A DNA stretch of 64,000 bases from Octopus vulgaris (GCA_951406725.2 OX597817.1:99014001-99078000); one strand, 5' to 3'; positions 39,511-53,439 are shown, numbered from the stretch's first letter. Numbers and translations: made by a program. Notes: generated from the letters alone by a model not told the origin.

Positions 39511-40811
39511 TATGTATTCTCATGCATATAGTTGCTTGTTTAGATATGCTCATATATACTTAAATGATAAACTTCTGGAAAATTTTACAGATTTTGACTG
39601 TTCCAGTGATGGCTTGGATCTGTAGTCTTTGAATCAGCTTTCACCTTTCTGGTTTTGAGTAGCCTAATTTCTCAAGATTGGTACTTAAGCAATTGTGTTA
39701 CATATCCCAGTGCTCCCATAATTACTGGTATAAACCTGAGTAGGGTAACTGTAGATTTCTCAATAGTTCAGCATAAGTATTTTCTTTTTCATTCACCTTT
39801 AGCTTTATGTTAACATCTGCTGGGCAGCTGATTTCCACAACTGTACACACTTTCTTTTCTCAATCCCAAATCACTATGTCAGGTCTATTATATTTACATT
39901 TGAGGTTAGGTTTTCACTGAGATATTCCACCAGTACTCCTTATTATGAATGGCTATGACTTCTACCATACTGTGAGTTTTTATTTCTTTAGTCTTGGGGT
40001 TATCTTTCCAAAGGATCTCATTATACATTCTCAGCTATAATATCATGTCTTATCAGTAGATGATACCTTAACAAATGTTGTAACCAGGTCAAGGATCTTT
40101 TTCATCTCATGCATGTTCCTGGCCTATAGTTTCAAGTCATCTACAAAGAAACAGTGCGTAATTTTGGTATTTCTTGTGAACCAGTGAGATACCATTCAGA
40201 CTTCCTTTACAAGAATGGCAAGGGGTTTACAGAAAGTATGAATAGCATCACAGAGAGACTGTCCACTTTTATTTTGAAATACTGTATTCTATCAGTAATA
40301 ATACAATCATTCCTTGTATTTAACTTCAAGATAGTGGCCTACAATGAAGTCAGGTCAGCTATGGCTTTGACTACGCTCACTGGAACTTTAAAAGTCTTCA
40401 TTTCACACTAGATTTTCCTCCAGAAGGAATTTGTCTGATCATGAAGGATGTTTACTGTTTCTCCTCTCATGTCTCTGTACACTGCTGTCTGGTTCTGGTT
40501 AGATCTTTTGTTTATTGTTTTTCTTTTGGTTTCTCACAAACAGAGTTTCTCACTAACTGCTTTCAGCTGCTGCTTCAGGGTGATCAGTTTGCAATTGAGC
40601 ATTCCCTTTTTGTTATCTCCAAGCATCACTTTTATCTTCAATTTTTATTGGTGAGACATATAGGGATTTGCTTATTTGAAAGCAATAAGCATTGCTACAT
40701 GGTTGGTGATCTTCCATAGATCAGCTATCTTTTTCTCTGTCTTCAAAACCCATGATGGTACTTCCTTAATTGTTTTGGTTTTGTTTACTTTTGGAGTGTA
40801 CAGCAAAGCTG

Positions 40812-41990
40812 GGATCTTTTCCTTTTGATGGACGGAATTTTCTAGTTAACTAAACAATTTGAAACTTCGTATACTTGTAGAATGTGTCAAAAGAAAACAT
40901 TATTGTAAACAAAATTGTAATTTGTAAGTTTAACATAGTTTAATTCTACGAATTTTAACCAATGAAATCACAGCATTTGAGCTCAAATCATTTGTTGCGT
41001 CTAAAAACTCACACACACACGTCTTATTCATCCTTTCTCTCTTCTGTCCTCTGTCTTCTGCATGTGCTAGAAATAACAGCTATATCTCTTAAATCGATGA
41101 ATTTCGTCGCCCAATAAAAATATTAACGATATTTTTTTAATATTTTCTTTATTTTTTTTTACCGGAAAGGCTTCTCCCATGGTTTTGAAGGGCCAGAAAC
41201 AACAAAAACAAAACAATAATATGCCTAAAGCGGTCTAGAGTTTGCGCGTGGAGTGTGAGTCGTATTGTAAAAATTTGCGAAATATTTTTTCAGAAAAGGA
41301 TGCCCCAGCTTGTCGGAAGCTGTGATATAAATTGGGAAAAAAATCCTCGACACCAGTGCGTAATTGGTACTTAATTTATCGACCCCGAAACGATGAAACA
41401 TTGACCCCCCCTCTTCTGGTTTATTTACCTTTTGTGTAAATTTGTTGCGGCAAGGGGCAATTCACGAACGTGTATGTATGCTTGTGTGCATATGTGTGTG
41501 TATGTATATGTCCGTTTGTATGTGTGTGTACGCTTATATATTAATTACTATGTGCTTGTGCAAATGTATATGCATGTGTTTGAGAGAGAGAGAGTGACAG
41601 AGAGTGTGTGTGTGTATGTGCAAGTGTACGTGTGTATGTATCTGAATATGTGTGTGTGTGTGTGTGCAAGTGTACGTGTGTATGCATCTGAATATATGTG
41701 TGTGTGTGTGTGTGTGTGTGCGGCATGCGTCAGCTATGTTTCTTTATCAATATCGATAACGCAGCAAATGATTTGAGCTCAAATGCTCGGATTTCATTGG
41801 TTAAAATTCGAAGATGCTGGGATTTTATTGGTTAAAATTCCAAGAATTAAACTACGTTAAACTTACAAATTACAATTTTGTTTTCAACTTTGTTTACAAT
41901 AATGTTTTCTTTTGACACATTCCACCAGTATACGAAGTTTCAAATTTTTTAGTTAACTAGAAAATTCCGTCCATCAATAGGAAAAGATCC
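40812..41990. mobile_element. Merlin-like foldback element with ~190-bp arms
   Basis: GGATCTTTTCC...GGAAAAGATCC termini, shared with 43852-44555 and 50499-50724. Confidence 0.75.
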
Positions 41991-42201
41991 CAGCTTTGCA
42001 GTAATAGACGGGTGCCAATCTGCTAGAATGAGAATTCATTACACTACTGTAAATACTCCTCTCCAATTTCATTTGCAGCTTTTAATACCATGTCTGTTGG
42101 TCTTTTGCTTACTACTCTTTCTTCAAGAGAGTAATTCAAACCAAAGTTATTTTCTCTTGAAAAATTTTATTAAGAGCATAGTTCACCAATATATAACTCT
42201 G

Positions 42202-42232
<31 letters not shown>

Positions 42233-42780
42233 TGATCACTGCAGTTTGTGCCTGCTAGTTACCATAGAGGGCTTTAACCTGTAATGTAGTTTGAATGGCT
42301 GGCAGTATAGTAACTGTTGGAATGTCACTAACTGTGAAAGCACATGGTGTTTTAACATCATTTGGGAAAAGGTTAATTTCAGTTACATTCACTAACGTTC
42401 TTCCTATGTTCTACAAATGTTGCTTGTTAACATAATTGTTTCGCAGTAAAATGATTTAGTTCTGGATGCAGATCTTCCCAGTATGATTTCAATCTGTTCA
42501 TACATCCAAGGCAGAGTTTTGTTTCACTCTTTTACAAAAGTATTTTATTTTATAAACCAGTATTTAATTAATAACTCCAAGAGGATTATGTTTTGCAGTT
42601 ACTGTTTCTTCTATAATTACAGGTAGAAAGATTCTGTTTTCCTGTTGAGTTGCTGTTTTGTACTGTTCCTCTGTTGTGTTGTTGATGTTGCCTTGTCCAG
42701 TCATGCTGTTTGTAACAACTCACTCTCTGCATGGTAAAGTCGAATTTCAGTTGTAAATCACTATGATCTTGAATTAAAGA

Positions 42781-43512
42781 TCTATCTCTTTGTTACCTTT
42801 AGTGGTATAACTACAGATTTCTGCCCCCCCACCTCAATTTGGATGATCATAACTTTCAGAAAAATGGATGTTTTTAATGAAATTTTTTCCGAATGTGTGT
42901 TATATCATTTAGATTCCGAATATATAAAATTTTGAGGGAAAAGTGTTTTAGGAGGAGGTGGTGTAGGGAATCTGAAGACTAACTACTTATTTAGCAGAGC
43001 TGATAGTTGTGTCTTCAAAGTTGGAGATAGTATTCATCATATTTATGATAGTCACCCATACCAAATACGCAACTTATTGCTTCACATGTGATATGTACAT
43101 ATGTCAGTTTGTTTGTGTAACAAATAGCATCCAAATTTCTAAGTCAGGTCCTGAAACTGAATCTACATTTTCCTACAAATCTCTTCCTATTGTTCTCACC
43201 TGTTGCACTGGGAAATTTTTTCAAGCCATACATGGGTCAAAGCTGATACAGAGGAAAAATCCTTTATCTAGCCTGACCTAATTTAGTTAGAGAAAATATA
43301 AATACGCAAACAAAAATCAGCTCTATCTCTTTGTTACCTTTAGTGGTATAACTACAGATTTCTGCCCCCCCCCTCAATTTGGATGATCATAACTTTCAGA
43401 AAAAATGGATGTTTTTAATGAAATTTTTTCCGAATGTGTGTTATATCATTTAGATTCCGAATATATAAAATTTTGAGGGAAAAGTGTTTTAGGAGGAGGT
43501 GGTGTAGGGAAT
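42781..43512 (+). repeat. Two ~190-bp near-identical direct repeats (42781-42971, 43322-43512) of a dispersed element also at 51310-51660
   Basis: TCTATCTCTTTGTTACCTTTAGTGGTATAACTACAGATTTCTGCCCCC...GGTGTAGGGAAT occurs twice. Confidence 0.85.
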
Positions 43513-43851
43513 TTTGGAAAATTCACCAGAGTTCAGTTCAATTCGTCATAACTTTCAAGAAAATAGATATTTTTTAATGAAATTTTCTACAAATAAACCT
43601 CGGACTAAGTAGATTCCGAGTCCATAGGAATTTGGGGGGAAATAATCGAGGGCTATTTTTGAGAACTGTTCTCCACTCGGGTGTGTTTCGGAATAAGTCG
43701 TCCATATTTGTTTCATATCTCCGTTTCGTGTGTTTGTGCATCTGTAGATTTCTACTGAAGCAGCAGGCAATGAAAGCAAATGAAGCTGTCACTAGAAAAC
43801 TCGTTATGCTAAAAATACCAGCTAAAGGTCTAAACGTTTCTAACAGAAAGG

Positions 43852-44555
43852 GGATCTTTTCGGTTTGAACGGCAGTTTTTAACATAATTTCTAGGTAACT
43901 AAAAAAATTTTAACTTCGTATACTGGTAGAATGTGTTTATAAAACATCTTTTTCTCTTGGCTTTATTGAGAAAATTCTATAGTTTGTAAGATATTTGTTG
44001 TTTTTTTTCTTCAATTTCTGCAATTTCAACCAATCAATTACGTCCATTGGGGTAATAAACATTCTGTGCCGTATGAATATGTCCCTCGTTTAAGAAACAG
44101 ATTGGGTTTATTTACATTTGTGAAGAAAAAAAAGATACCCGTCAAAAAACGGCAGTTTTTTCTAGCGGTGTCATGAAATTGTCACCCATAATTATGACCC
44201 TAGAATCGATCTATTGCATTTCAATCTATTTTAGATTTAGGGTTAGTTAGGGTTAGGGATGGGGGAAGGGTATCTTTTTTTCTTCACAAATGTAAATAAA
44301 CCCAATCTGTTTCTTAAACGAGGGACATATTCATACAGCACAGAATGCTTTTTAACTCAATAGACGCCAGTGATTGGTTGAAATTGCAGAAATTGAAGAA
44401 ATTAAAGACCAAATATCTTACAAACCATAGAATTTTCTTTATAAAGCCAAGAGAAAAAGATGTTTTATAAACACATTCTACCAGTATACGAAGTTTAAAA
44501 TTTTTTAGTTACCTAGAAATTATGTTAAAAACTGCCGTTCAAACCGAAAAGATGC
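43852..44555. mobile_element. Merlin-like foldback MITE with ~290-bp TIRs and TTAGGG in the centre
   Basis: GGATCTTTTCGG / CCGAAAAGATGC ends; exact 8-bp TSD CAGAAAGG; TTAGGGTTAGTTAGGGTTAGGG at ~44237-44258. Confidence 0.85.
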
Positions 44556-44597
44556 CAGAAAGGCATTGAATGGAATAATTCCCCGTTTGAACTTTTT

Positions 44598-44640
<43 letters not shown>

Positions 44641-45534
44641 GACACTGAGAATAACCATGACACCCCTTTATGATTTTTTTCTCTCTCCATTTTGACAGGG
44701 ATTTTTCTTATTTTATTTTTCACTTACGCCTTCGAGGTGATGTGGTGATCGTGGGAGATATTTTATGAAAAACTTTTTTTGAAATTTATGATTTTTTTTC
44801 ACCTCAACCCCACGCACTTAAAACTCATGAGAGAAGCCTTTTCGGTACTCCTTTAAATCACACACATGTGAAAATACATTTTTTCTAACCGTAAAGGCTT
44901 CTCCCATTGTTTTTAAGAGCGTACTACAGAAAAAAAAAAAGATTGGCTGAAATCGGTCCGGATGGGGTTAAAGAGGAGAAGGGAGGGAGGTGAGAAAAAT
45001 TTAGGCCGTGGTGAAAAAGAAATTCGAAAAATCACCATCAAAACGGAGGTTTCTGATCCGAAACTCAGCCAATACTGAAATTAGTCATTACTCATTTTGC
45101 CCCAATTTAGACATAACTTTTTGAAAATGGAAGATTATGAAATTAGACATTAGTGTGGGTAAAAAATTAACATAGGATCCAACAGAGAAAAGGATATTAA
45201 TTGTTAAACACCAAAAATTATCCAGATACTTGATTTGCAAATTCAATTACAATCGAGTCCAAGTTAGGGAAAAATTTCTTGGAAGAAAAGTACCTGTCAC
45301 ACTCCCTATAGTAATTTCAAATGTTTGACGAATTGGAATGGTACAAAATGACGAAAAATATAGGCAGAAGAAAGAAAGAAAAAGTTTCGATTTAATGAAA
45401 AACTAAAGCTAAATTCAAAATTTACATTTAAGAACATTTCTTACTTGTTCATTCGTTCATAAAGACCAGTAAAGTATGGTCAGTTGGGCATCGTCTGTGA
45501 GAGAAACAGCACCATCAGGAAATTCAACTGTGCA

Positions 45535-46168
45535 ATCTGAGAACATGTACTAAGAGTGATAAAAATCAAATATCCAGTCAACATCATAGTGTTTGGAGTA
45601 TTCACAAGTGATGGCGATGTTATGCTTCCATTCATCTTTCCACACAGCCTCAGACTCAACACGGAGGCCTACAAGTGTCTGGAGGAGGTAGTGTTGCCAT
45701 AGATGAAGAAGGTGGCTGCTGGGAGACCCTATATCTGGCAAGAGGACTCTGCACCATGCCACACAAGCAGGAGAACCCATCATAGTTGTCAGAAAATTTC
45801 TGCAACCACATCATCCCTAACATCTGGCCACCTAACTCCCTAGACTGCAACCCCTTGATTATTATGTGTGGGGCACAGTTGAGCAAGAGACCAACAAAAC
45901 TCCTTGTAGCACCAAAGATGGACTGAAGACAAGGATTATGGCAGCATTCACCAACTTAAGGAGACCGTTCAGAAGAGTTGCAGAAGATTCCAAAGTCGTC
46001 TGGAGACCGTGGTTGAAGCCAATGGCGATTTTATTGAATGAGTTTACTCTTCAGTATTTCAAGATATTTTTATGTAAGTTTGGTTGATACATTTGTTAAA
46101 ATGAGATGTAACTGCTACTTTAATTTTTGCGTAATTTTATACGACAGTGTATTCATCGCAAGCTGTAT
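45535..46168 (+). pseudogene. Decayed maT/DD37D-like transposase 3' half
   Basis: GDVMLPFIFP, IWQEDSAPCHT, WPPNSLDCNPLDYYVWG. Confidence 0.8.
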
Positions 46169-46171
46169 GTG

Positions 46172-46202
<31 letters not shown>

Positions 46203-46547
46203 ATGTATATATTATATTAATAACTATATACATAATTATAGCAAGGGATTGGCAATACGCCTCTCCACGTACTGAGATGCCAAATGGCACTAAAACCACA
46301 TTAAACATTCTAAAAACACAGGTTGTAGTTGAGTAAGAGAAAGATTTAATATTAAACTTTTGGTTAATCACGTATAAGATCTCATTTCAAGCTAAAGACA
46401 AAGAATATGTCTACTGCTATCATCAGCGTCGATATTCTGTTGTATAAATGTACAAGTATCTAGACATACCTATACGAGCAGCGTATTTTATTTTTGTGCT
46501 GACCTCCTGATAAAATCATGAATGATTTTATTCTTCATTATACAATA

Positions 46548-46579
<32 letters not shown>

Positions 46580-46583
<4 letters not shown>

Positions 46584-47182
46584 AATATGTTACATTACTC
46601 GGTAGTCAAGATAAAACTCTGAGTTTCAGATGCCGAAGTGGAAATCCACAACACCATCTCATCGGTTATCTGGCTATTTGAAAACGCTAGGAAAAAATAC
46701 CGTTAAATAAAGGGAAATTACTCTGTTATAACTCTGTTTGCCTGCGTACTTATACATCGCTCGCATTTTTCGTCATAAAAATTATATAAAAATACATAAA
46801 AAATATATAAAAATATATAAAAAATATATAAATTCTTCTTGGGACATAACATAGAAAGCATGTTCTATCTGTTTTCTTTAGGGGACCAAAAACGTAACAG
46901 AAATTTAGTCGCATGTGGGCATGATCCGAAAAGCTCTGTCCTTGTATTTAGACATGTAGTAGGGTCTAAGCTGCTTTTCCAGATAAGCCATCTCTCCATG
47001 TCGCATAGACCGCACCTTCCGCTGCCGTTGGTATAGGGCTTACATCTGGCCAAAATCTTCCATTGTATGTTATAATCGACACCTTTATCTCTTAAAGACC
47101 AAATATGATTAGATAATTGTGTCGCTTTTCTTTTGTTCCAGTGCCTAAAGCTCAAAGTGTGGTTATTGAACCTGGCCTTGAA
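46580..47182 (-). mobile_element. Inverted 5'-truncated copy of the adjacent PLE (GIY-YIG end + pLTR)
   Basis: Near-perfect reverse complement of ~49407-50010. Confidence 0.92.
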
Positions 47183-47337
47183 ATTTTTTTATATATTTTT
47201 ATATATTTTTTATGTATTTTTATATAATTTTTATGACGAAAAATGCGAGCGATGTATAAGTACGCAGGCAAACAGAGTTATAACAGAGTAATTTCCCTTT
47301 ATTTAACGGTATTTTTTCCTAGCATTTTCAAATAGCC

Positions 47338-47400
47338 AGATAACCGATGAGATGGTGTTGTGGATTTCCACTTCGGCATCTGAAACTCAGAGTTTTATCT
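47338..47400 (+). ncRNA. Hammerhead-like motif in the pLTR (copies at 46609-46671 -, 49919-49981 +, 63140-63202 -, 63215-63277 +)
   Basis: AGATAA-CCGATGA-GATG...CATC-T-GAAA-CTCAGAG-TT-TTATCT; variant core. Confidence 0.6.
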
Positions 47401-47607
47401 TGACTACCGAGTAATGTAACATATTATTGTATAGATAAATTTCCTCTATTTACATAATATTGAGGTCTCTTTCTTTCTTTTGTTATCTTACCGTTTTATC
47501 AATAAATCACCTCCCGGACGACGTTATTCTCAACTAAGAGCTAATACGGCCTTTTTGGATTATCGCTTAACATCGGTTGAGGACTCTTACACACAGAAGA
47601 ATTCAAT

Positions 47608-49725
47608 ATGGATGCATATCACATAGATTATTCTATGAAAAATATACCGATCCCATCAAAGGAATTTTACTCTAAGAAACTTCTACAGAAAATTACTGAT
47701 GTAATTAAGCGTATGAGATGGAAGGCTTTCTTTTTTGATACAGAAGCGGACACCAAGGAAAACATTTTCTATCGAATAAAATCCAAAAAATTTCCTCCCG
47801 GCTTGGAAGATTTCGAAGCGGACCTGCTGAAAATTATGAGCAAAATAAAATTTCGTAAGTCTGTTAACGATTTCCAACATAAATTGAAAAAAGATATTAA
47901 TCATATAAAAAGCTCCAAGAAAAAAGCACTTTTTTCGGATAAAACCAAGAACTTATACCTGGTAGATAACAGCAAATACACACAACTCTTACACAACAGC
48001 ATCATTAATAATTATACTAAGGCTAGGGCACAGACATATAACGAAATTAATAAAGAAGCTAGCGTCATCGCCGCTAAACTTAAATTAGATAAAAAAAATA
48101 GAAGCCCTCCCCCAAAAAGAGGCCTTTATTACTATTAAAGATCACAAAGAAAACTTCCTTTCCAACCCTAAATGTAGGCTTATCAACCCAGCCAAGTCAG
48201 AACTTGGGATTATTAGCAAAGAAATTTTAGATAAAATAAATACGAAAATTAAGACCGATACTAGGCTAGTACAATGGTCCAATAGTATAGAAGTCGTAGA
48301 CTGGTTTAAAGCCATTAAGAATAAGAAAAAAGCGAGGTTTACACAATTCGATATTGTTGATTTTTATGCCTCTATCTCTAAAGAACTGCTAGATAAAGCC
48401 CTCATCTTCGCTAGCGACTTCATAGAAATTAGTACCAATGATAAGGACATAATCTTCCATGCTAGAAAGACATTACTTTTTAGTGAGAACGCAAAGTGGG
48501 TAAAAAACACTGACACAGAGGGCGCTTTCGATGTGAGCATGGGTTCATATGATGGGGCAGGCATCTGTGATCTAATTGGACTTTTTCTCCTAGATACCTT
48601 AGGTAAGACATTCCCTAACGTACATTTCGCCATCTACAAAGATGATGCCCTCGCCTTAACAGCTAATACAAATGGACCAGCACAAGATCGTTTTAGGAAG
48701 GATATTATCCAGTTAATGAAACACTTCGGACTTAGTATAACTATAGATACTAACCTGACGGTTGTCAATTTCTTAGACGTTTCCTTAGATCTTAATAAGA
48801 ATATTTATAAGCCTTATAGGAAGCCCAATGATAGACTAAGCTATATTAATGTAGGTTCATGCCATCCCCCTATAGTATTCAAAAATTTAGTTAAAAATAT
48901 TAGTAAGAGGATTTCTAGCCTCTCCTCTGATGAGGACATCTTCAATAGCGTTGCCCCAGTTTATAATAAGGCTTTAAAAGATAGTGGTTTTAGCGAAAAA
49001 ATAAAATATACACCTATCACTAGCCCAACAGTAAGGAAAAGGAATAATAGAAATAGGAAGGTCATCTGGTTTACGCCCCTTACTCACCCGAGGTGGCCTT
49101 CAATATAGGTAAATATTTCCTAGCACTGATAGATAGACATTTTCCAGCTAACCATACTTATAGGAAACTCTTCAATAGACACAATTTAAAAATTAGTTTT
49201 AGTTCAACTACCAATTTTAAAAACATAATCAAACATAACATACAAAAAACACAACAAGAAAACAGCTGTTCATGCAGGAATAAAGAATTGTGCCCGCTAA
49301 ATGGAGCTTGCATGTCCAAGACCATCATATATGAAGCTACCGTAAACTCTATAACCACTAAAGAAACCGTTTCGACGAAGAAATACGTGGGCCTTACAGA
49401 GGGTAATTTCAAGGCCAGGTTCAATAACCACACTTTGAGCTTTAGGCACTGGAACAAAAGAAAAGCGACACAATTATCTAATCATATTTGGTCTTTAAGA
49501 GATAAAGGTGTCGATTATAACATACAATGGAAGATTTTGGCCAGATGTAAGCCCTATACCAACGGCAGCGGAAGGTGCGGTCTATGCGACATGGAGAGAT
49601 GGCTTATCTGGAAAAGCAGCTTAGACCCTACTACATGTCTAAATACAAGGACAGAGCTTTTCGGATCATGCCCACATGTGACTAAATTTCTGTTACGTTT
49701 TTGGTCCCCTAAAGAAAACAGATAG
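47608..49725 (+). CDS. PLE RT + GIY-YIG endonuclease ORF with two frameshifts (~48095, ~49085)
   Basis: KCRLINPAK, FDIVDFYASI, MGSYDGAGICDLIG, IYKDD, NFLDVSL, Cys linker CSCRNKELCPLNGAC, IIYEATV..KYVGLTE..FKARFNNH. Confidence 0.85.
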
Positions 49726-50104
49726 AACATGCTTTCTATGTTATGTCCCAAGAAGAATTTATATATTTTTTATATATTTTTATATATTTTTTATGTATTT
49801 TTATATAATTTTTATGACGAAAAATGCGAGCGATGTATAAGTACGCAGGCAAACAGAGTTATAACAGAGTAATTTCCCTTTATTTAACGGTATTTTTTCC
49901 TAGCGTTTTCAAATAGCCAGATAACCGATGAGATGGTGTTGTGGATTTCCACTTCGGCATCTGAAACTCAGAGTTTTATCTTGACTACCGAGTAATGTAA
50001 CATATTATTGTATAGATAAATTTCCTCTATTTACATAATATTGAGGTCTCTTTCTTTCTTTTGTTATCTTACCGTTTTATCAATATATATATATATATAT
50101 ATAT

Positions 50105-50155
<51 letters not shown>

Positions 50156-50210
50156 CAATTCATAAATAAGGGCAAACGAATTGTTTATGAATTTAACCTT
50201 TAAATGTATT

Positions 50211-50258
<48 letters not shown>

Positions 50259-50498
50259 GATGTGTACGTATTCACTTTTCACACGAAAACGGCTTCACCA
50301 ATTGCTTTCATACTTGTAATGCATGAATAACTTGACCTCGGACAAATCAAAGACTGTTCATTTGATTTTTTTTATTAAAAATTATTAAAAGTAAAAAGTA
50401 TTGCTTTTTGTATTTCATTCACGTCTTTGAAAGTTTTTAAAGTATTAGTTCGTTTTTTTTTTTCCGTCAGTAACATAACATATCTCATTACATATTTC

Positions 50499-50724
50499 GG
50501 ATCTTTTCCTTTTGAACGGCAAATGATTTTAGCTCACTAGAGGCAATTGATTGGTTAAAATTCGAAAAATCAAACTACGTTAAACTTACAAATTACAATT
50601 TTCTCAAGAAAGCCAAGAGAAAAAAAATGTTTTATTTTGACACATTCTACCAGTATACGAAGTTTTAAAGTGTTTAGTTAACTAGAAATTGTGTTGACAT
50701 GTGCCATTCAAAAGGAAAAGATCC
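50499..50724. mobile_element. Short Merlin-like MITE
   Basis: GGATCTTTTCCTTTTGAA / TTCAAAAGGAAAAGATCC; exact 8-bp TSD CATATTTC. Confidence 0.85.
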
Positions 50725-50770
50725 CATATTTCTCTCTATCCGTTCCTCTCTCTCTCTCTCCCTCTCTCTC

Positions 50771-50801
<31 letters not shown>

Positions 50802-51661
50802 CTCTCTCTATCTATCTATCTATCTGTAACATATCTCTTGTTTTCACTGTCATTTTTCAAATGCTATTCTTTTCACTTTTAATTTTCAAATGCCATTGTT
50901 TAACTTCCAAGTTATTGTTTTTACTGTAAGTCTTAAGTTTTCAATCGCTATTTACAAACAAACAACGACAAATTACCGACAGAAAGAAGTTCACAAATAC
51001 TGATGTAAGTAATTTCATAATTTACTGACAGAAGTATCTTCATAAATTTCACTTCAATCCATACGGTTTTGTTTTTCTGTTGTTGACAGTTTCTCTCTGG
51101 TTCCTCCAATACTGGCTCTTTGGTTTACTGAGTGACAAATTTTGTTTCAACCCATACAATGCTTTATTTTCCTTTAAAATTTCTTATTTACTTTCTGGCC
51201 GTCTTATTTTTGTTACCAAGTTATTTTCATTGTTTACTATCTTCTGTACTCGTGTATTTCTGTATACTTATATAACCATGCCTAGAAGGAAAGTGTCAAA
51301 TTTGTCGGCATAACTACAGATTTCTACCCCAACCCCAATTTGGATTATCCCAACTGAGAAAAATGGATATTTTTTAAATAAAATTGTCTACGAATATGTG
51401 TTATATCAGGTAGATTCCGAATATACAAAATTTTGGTGGAGCACGTGTATTCGGAGGGGGCGAAATTTCTGAAAATACAACGGTGTCCACTTCAATTCGT
51501 CCTAACTTTCAAGAAAAGGAATATTTTTTAATGAAATTCTCTACAAATATACATCGGACTATGTAGATTTTGGGTGGGGGTGGGGGAAATTGAGGGTTAT
51601 TTTTGAGAACTGTTCTCCATTTGGGGTGTTTCGGAACAAGTCGTCCATACTTGTTTTATAT

Positions 51662-51717
<56 letters not shown>

Positions 51718-51771
51718 TACATATATAAAAAATGAAAGACAGAAGATGGAATATACAAGAATTTATTATTA

Positions 51772-51870
51772 ATCACGACAATTGTTTCGACACACCTAGT
51801 ATCGATTCCTCTTGGGTGGGCACTCAACAACTGGTTGAGGAGGTGGTGCAGATGTATCTCATTGGGTGAT
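51772..51870 (-). ncRNA. Type-I hammerhead motif with a decayed core
   Basis: ATCAC-CCAATGA-GATACATCT...AGGTGTGTC-GAAA-CAATTG-TC-GTGAT. Confidence 0.6.
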
Positions 51871-52045
51871 AAATACATTATCGCAACTAAAATAAAACAA
51901 CTCATTAAAATGACCGTTCCATAATGTAACTTTCCGTTTTGTAGAGAGAAAAAACAACTAGACGGAGTAAAAATCTTCATATATATAGAAGATCAAAAAT
52001 ATAATTGCAGATAACAAAAAGAAAGACGAACTCGTAATCCAGTGA

Positions 52046-52076
<31 letters not shown>

Positions 52077-53212
52077 TTATTATATAGAAGGAACTTCTAC
52101 AGGACTAGAACTGTTTCATTCAAGAGAAATCTTCAGGAAGCTAGTTAACAAGAATTGTATTGGCATTTATACATTTAGGCAGGTTTAAAGGGGTGTTGGT
52201 GGGGGACTTTTTGGGGGTAGGCATAGCGCAAAATATCATACTTGGGGGAGTGGTCAAGGAGTCAGTGTTAAATTAGATAGAAGAATAAAAAAAAAAATAA
52301 AATAATAAAATAAAAAAATAAATAAAAAAAATAAAAAAATCTATATATAAAAAAAGGGGAATAGAGTTTTAGGTAAATAAGGAGATTCTCACTTATACCT
52401 ATGCACACATGTATACATACATACACACACATACAAACATATATACATATACATACACACATACATACACACATACATACACACACATATATATATACAT
52501 ATATATACACTTACACATACATATACATATCTACACATACACATATATGTATACATACACACACTCACATGCATACACGTATACACACATGTATATATAC
52601 ACACACGACCACACATACATATACGCACACAGAAAAATATATATACACATACACACACATACTCACATACACGCATACACACACATATCCACACACACAC
52701 ATGCACACACAGCACACTAGTCCCTATATACACATACACACACATATACACACACACACATACATATACATACATGTATATATATATATACATATATATA
52801 CATATGTGTACCTATGCATACCTACACACACACACATATATATACACATACAAATACAGACCCATTCTCTAATTTTAATTTTATTATCTTCGTTTATTAC
52901 TTTTGTTATCTTTGGCCGCTTGGTCACAAACATCTTGGCTATGACAGCCAGTCCAATTATCTGTCTACTGGAAAACAAGCACTCATTCACTCACGCACAC
53001 TCTTTAGCACGTACACTCACTCATTCGTACACTCATACACATACACGCACGCACGCGTTATATTCATACATACATACATCTACATACATTCACGTATATA
53101 CACATACGTACGCGTACCTACAGATTCATGTCTACACTCTTAGAAGGCTAGTCTATATATATACACCAATAAATATAAATACACATACATACATATACAC
53201 CTACATACAAAT

Positions 53213-53249
<37 letters not shown>

Positions 53250-53439
53250 CGCATATTCACATATACATATACACATACATACACACATACACATACACAC
53301 ACATATACATATATATACACACATACATACATACATACACACATACATACATACGTATACATACATACATACATACATACATCCATACATCACATACATT
53401 TATACACATACACACACCCACATACATACATATATACAC

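Larger units (their letters stand above)
38745..42770 (-). mobile_element. Decayed R4/Dong-clade LINE interrupted by a solo LTR and a foldback MITE
   Basis: N-terminal MNRLKSYWEDLHPEL, PSWVLKTEKKI, FWRKI, and RLE NRPDIVIWD...VEISCPADVN; the 3' UTR matches the other copies. Confidence 0.7.
47183..50083 (+). mobile_element. Young Penelope-like retroelement (probably Naiad-type) with direct pLTRs (47183-47503, ~49760-50083)
   Basis: Near-identical terminal repeats flank an RT + GIY-YIG ORF; the element is inserted in (TA)n. Confidence 0.92.

Noticed and set aside
47608-49725. Selenoprotein-type recoding reported for some Naiad PLEs
   Set aside because: I saw no in-frame TGA at Cys positions. 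The interruptions are frameshifts.
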